Assembly (NCBI GenBank): GCA_963845755.1
Contig: CAWJTV010000039.1
Span: 96,001 to 160,000 of the forward strand
DNA length: 64,000 nucleotides
Direction: 5' to 3'
Source of the DNA: an uncultured Planctomycetota bacterium
GTDB taxonomy: Bacteria; Planctomycetota; Planctomycetia; Isosphaerales; Isosphaeraceae
Shown: positions 62,825 through 64,000 of the stretch, in pieces
Position numbering within the stretch: position 1 is the first letter of the stretch
Layout: each line of letters starts with the position of its first letter
The notes under the pieces: generated by a model
Database searches by the model: none
What the model was told of the DNA's origin: nothing
What the model saw: the letters and a program-made list of their open reading frames with translations, nothing else
Program-made: the position numbers and the translations under genes

Positions 62825-64000
62825 TCAGCGCACCGTCGCCGGCGGCTCGAGCGGGATCGACGCCGAACCTCGCGGGGCGCGCGCCTCCTGAGTCGCGGCC
62901 GTCGCGCTGATGTGCTCCAGGAGGACCCTGCGGACCTCGATGATCGCTTCGGGGGCCTTTTGCACGCCGTGGTCGGACCGCACGATCTTCTCGGGGACGC
63001 CATCGAGGTGTGAGCTGTGCCAGGTGACGACCCCGTCAGTGGACTCTTCCACGCCTGTCACGCGATTCGACCCGATGATCGAGTAGAAGGCGACCTTCTG
63101 GCTCGGCGTCATGGCGAGGAGGGCCGTCAGAATGGGCGAATTCGAGTAGAGCGTCTCGATGCTGGTCGGGAACCGCCGGAACTTTCGCGTGTCGAAGGCG
63201 TGTTGATTGTCTTTGACCAGTCCGTAGAGCAGCTTGTGAATGTGATCCGACTCGGAGATCAGGTTGGTGCCGACCCGGCCGATCACGCCGCGCGACATAT
63301 CCGAGCCGTGATGTGGCGTGGCCAGGAAGACCACCCGGTTGACAAACGGCAGCGACTTGAAGAAGAGGTATTTGTGCAGTTCGTCGAGCACCTCGTGCGG
63401 ACCGATGATTTCGTCGAACGACCGGAACGAGTAGAGCCGCCAGAGCTTATCGCCGCTGTCAACGGCCATCATGTGGCTGAGCAAGCCACCCATGCTGTGC
63501 CCCAGCAGGACCATCCGCTCGAAGGCCGGATCGCGGCCGTCCGGGTTGTACATCTGCTTGGCTTGGATCAGGTCCTCGCGCAGGCTCGCCGCGGCGATCG
63601 GGATTGGCACGCCGGTCGGGTACATGTAGAGCAAGAACTGGTATTTCTGCTGGATCGCCGCGTTGCGCTGCAGCTCGTTGAGCATCGGGATCCAGGCCAA
63701 GGGGGAGGAGATCAACCCGTGGACCATGACGACCGGGATCTTCCCGGGCTCATACGGGCGGATCAACAACAGGTTCGCCCGCTCCAGGACCTTCTCCGGG
63801 CGGAGCAAACCCGACCATCGGAACCGTTCGAGGTCGGTGCGCGACCACATGTAGGCCAGCGGAGTCGTCAGGTCGATTTCCAGCGCCAGTTGATTTTTCT
63901 CGTCGGAGCCGACGGTTCGATGCCGCACGGGGTCGATCAGCCAGAGGGTGCAGACCCGGGCCTTCTCGACGTCCACATTGGAGTCGAGGAGACGCGAGTT
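62825..64000 (-). CDS. Alpha/beta hydrolase (lipase/esterase-like), 5' end outside window
   Basis: VMVHGL, GHSMGG, LATPHHGS, DGVV, SDH. Confidence 0.85.
   Translation of the reverse strand, partial: NSRLLDSNVDVEKARVCTLWLIDPVRHRTVGSDEKNQLALEIDLTTPLAYMWSRTDLERFRWSGLLRPEKVLERANLLLIRPYEPGKIPVVMVHGLISSPLAWIPMLNELQRNAAIQQKYQFLLYMYPTGVPIPIAAASLREDLIQAKQMYNPDGRDPAFERMVLLGHSMGGLLSHMMAVDSGDKLWRLYSFRSFDEIIGPHEVLDELHKYLFFKSLPFVNRVVFLATPHHGSDMSRGVIGRVGTNLISESDHIHKLLYGLVKDNQHAFDTRKFRRFPTSIETLYSNSPILTALLAMTPSQKVAFYSIIGSNRVTGVEESTDGVVTWHSSHLDGVPEKIVRSDHGVQKAPEAIIEVRRVLLEHISATAATQEARAPRGSASIPLEPPATVR

Overview
High-GC bacterial DNA, most likely a planctomycete of the Isosphaeraceae type. This is inferred from an LEPR-xLL N-terminus, an MRLPRMTTRRW-type ORF, Uma2 and TIGR03067 domains, mfnB and heptamer intergenic repeats. 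Many genes, including pgk, carry single-base frameshifts, which points to uncorrected long-read indels rather than mass pseudogenisation. Contents in order: oxidoreductase and secreted proteins, then a large Gly-rich surface protein. From 10.3 to 14.5 kb, five unrelated same-strand single genes are each bounded by a conserved ~34-bp pseudo-palindromic site with a central AT; this candidate recombinase gene-cassette array is not a canonical attC integron and is the top finding. Next come an inorganic-carbon locus (SbtA-like permease, DabA/DUF2309, two NuoL/M-like subunits, beta-carbonic anhydrase), a general-stress small-protein cluster, a low-GC DUF4365-like nuclease pair, three tandem SGNH paralogs, GT2, ALDH and a spermidine-synthase-like membrane protein. 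The remainder holds a MITE, mfnB, a complete ISKra4-family IS, pgk/gap, a SAM-I riboswitch upstream of a thrC-like/MoaD/MoeB/cysteine desulfurase sulfur-relay operon, PrpD, Uma2 and a partial alpha/beta hydrolase. All calls come from reading the sequence by eye; no searches were run.
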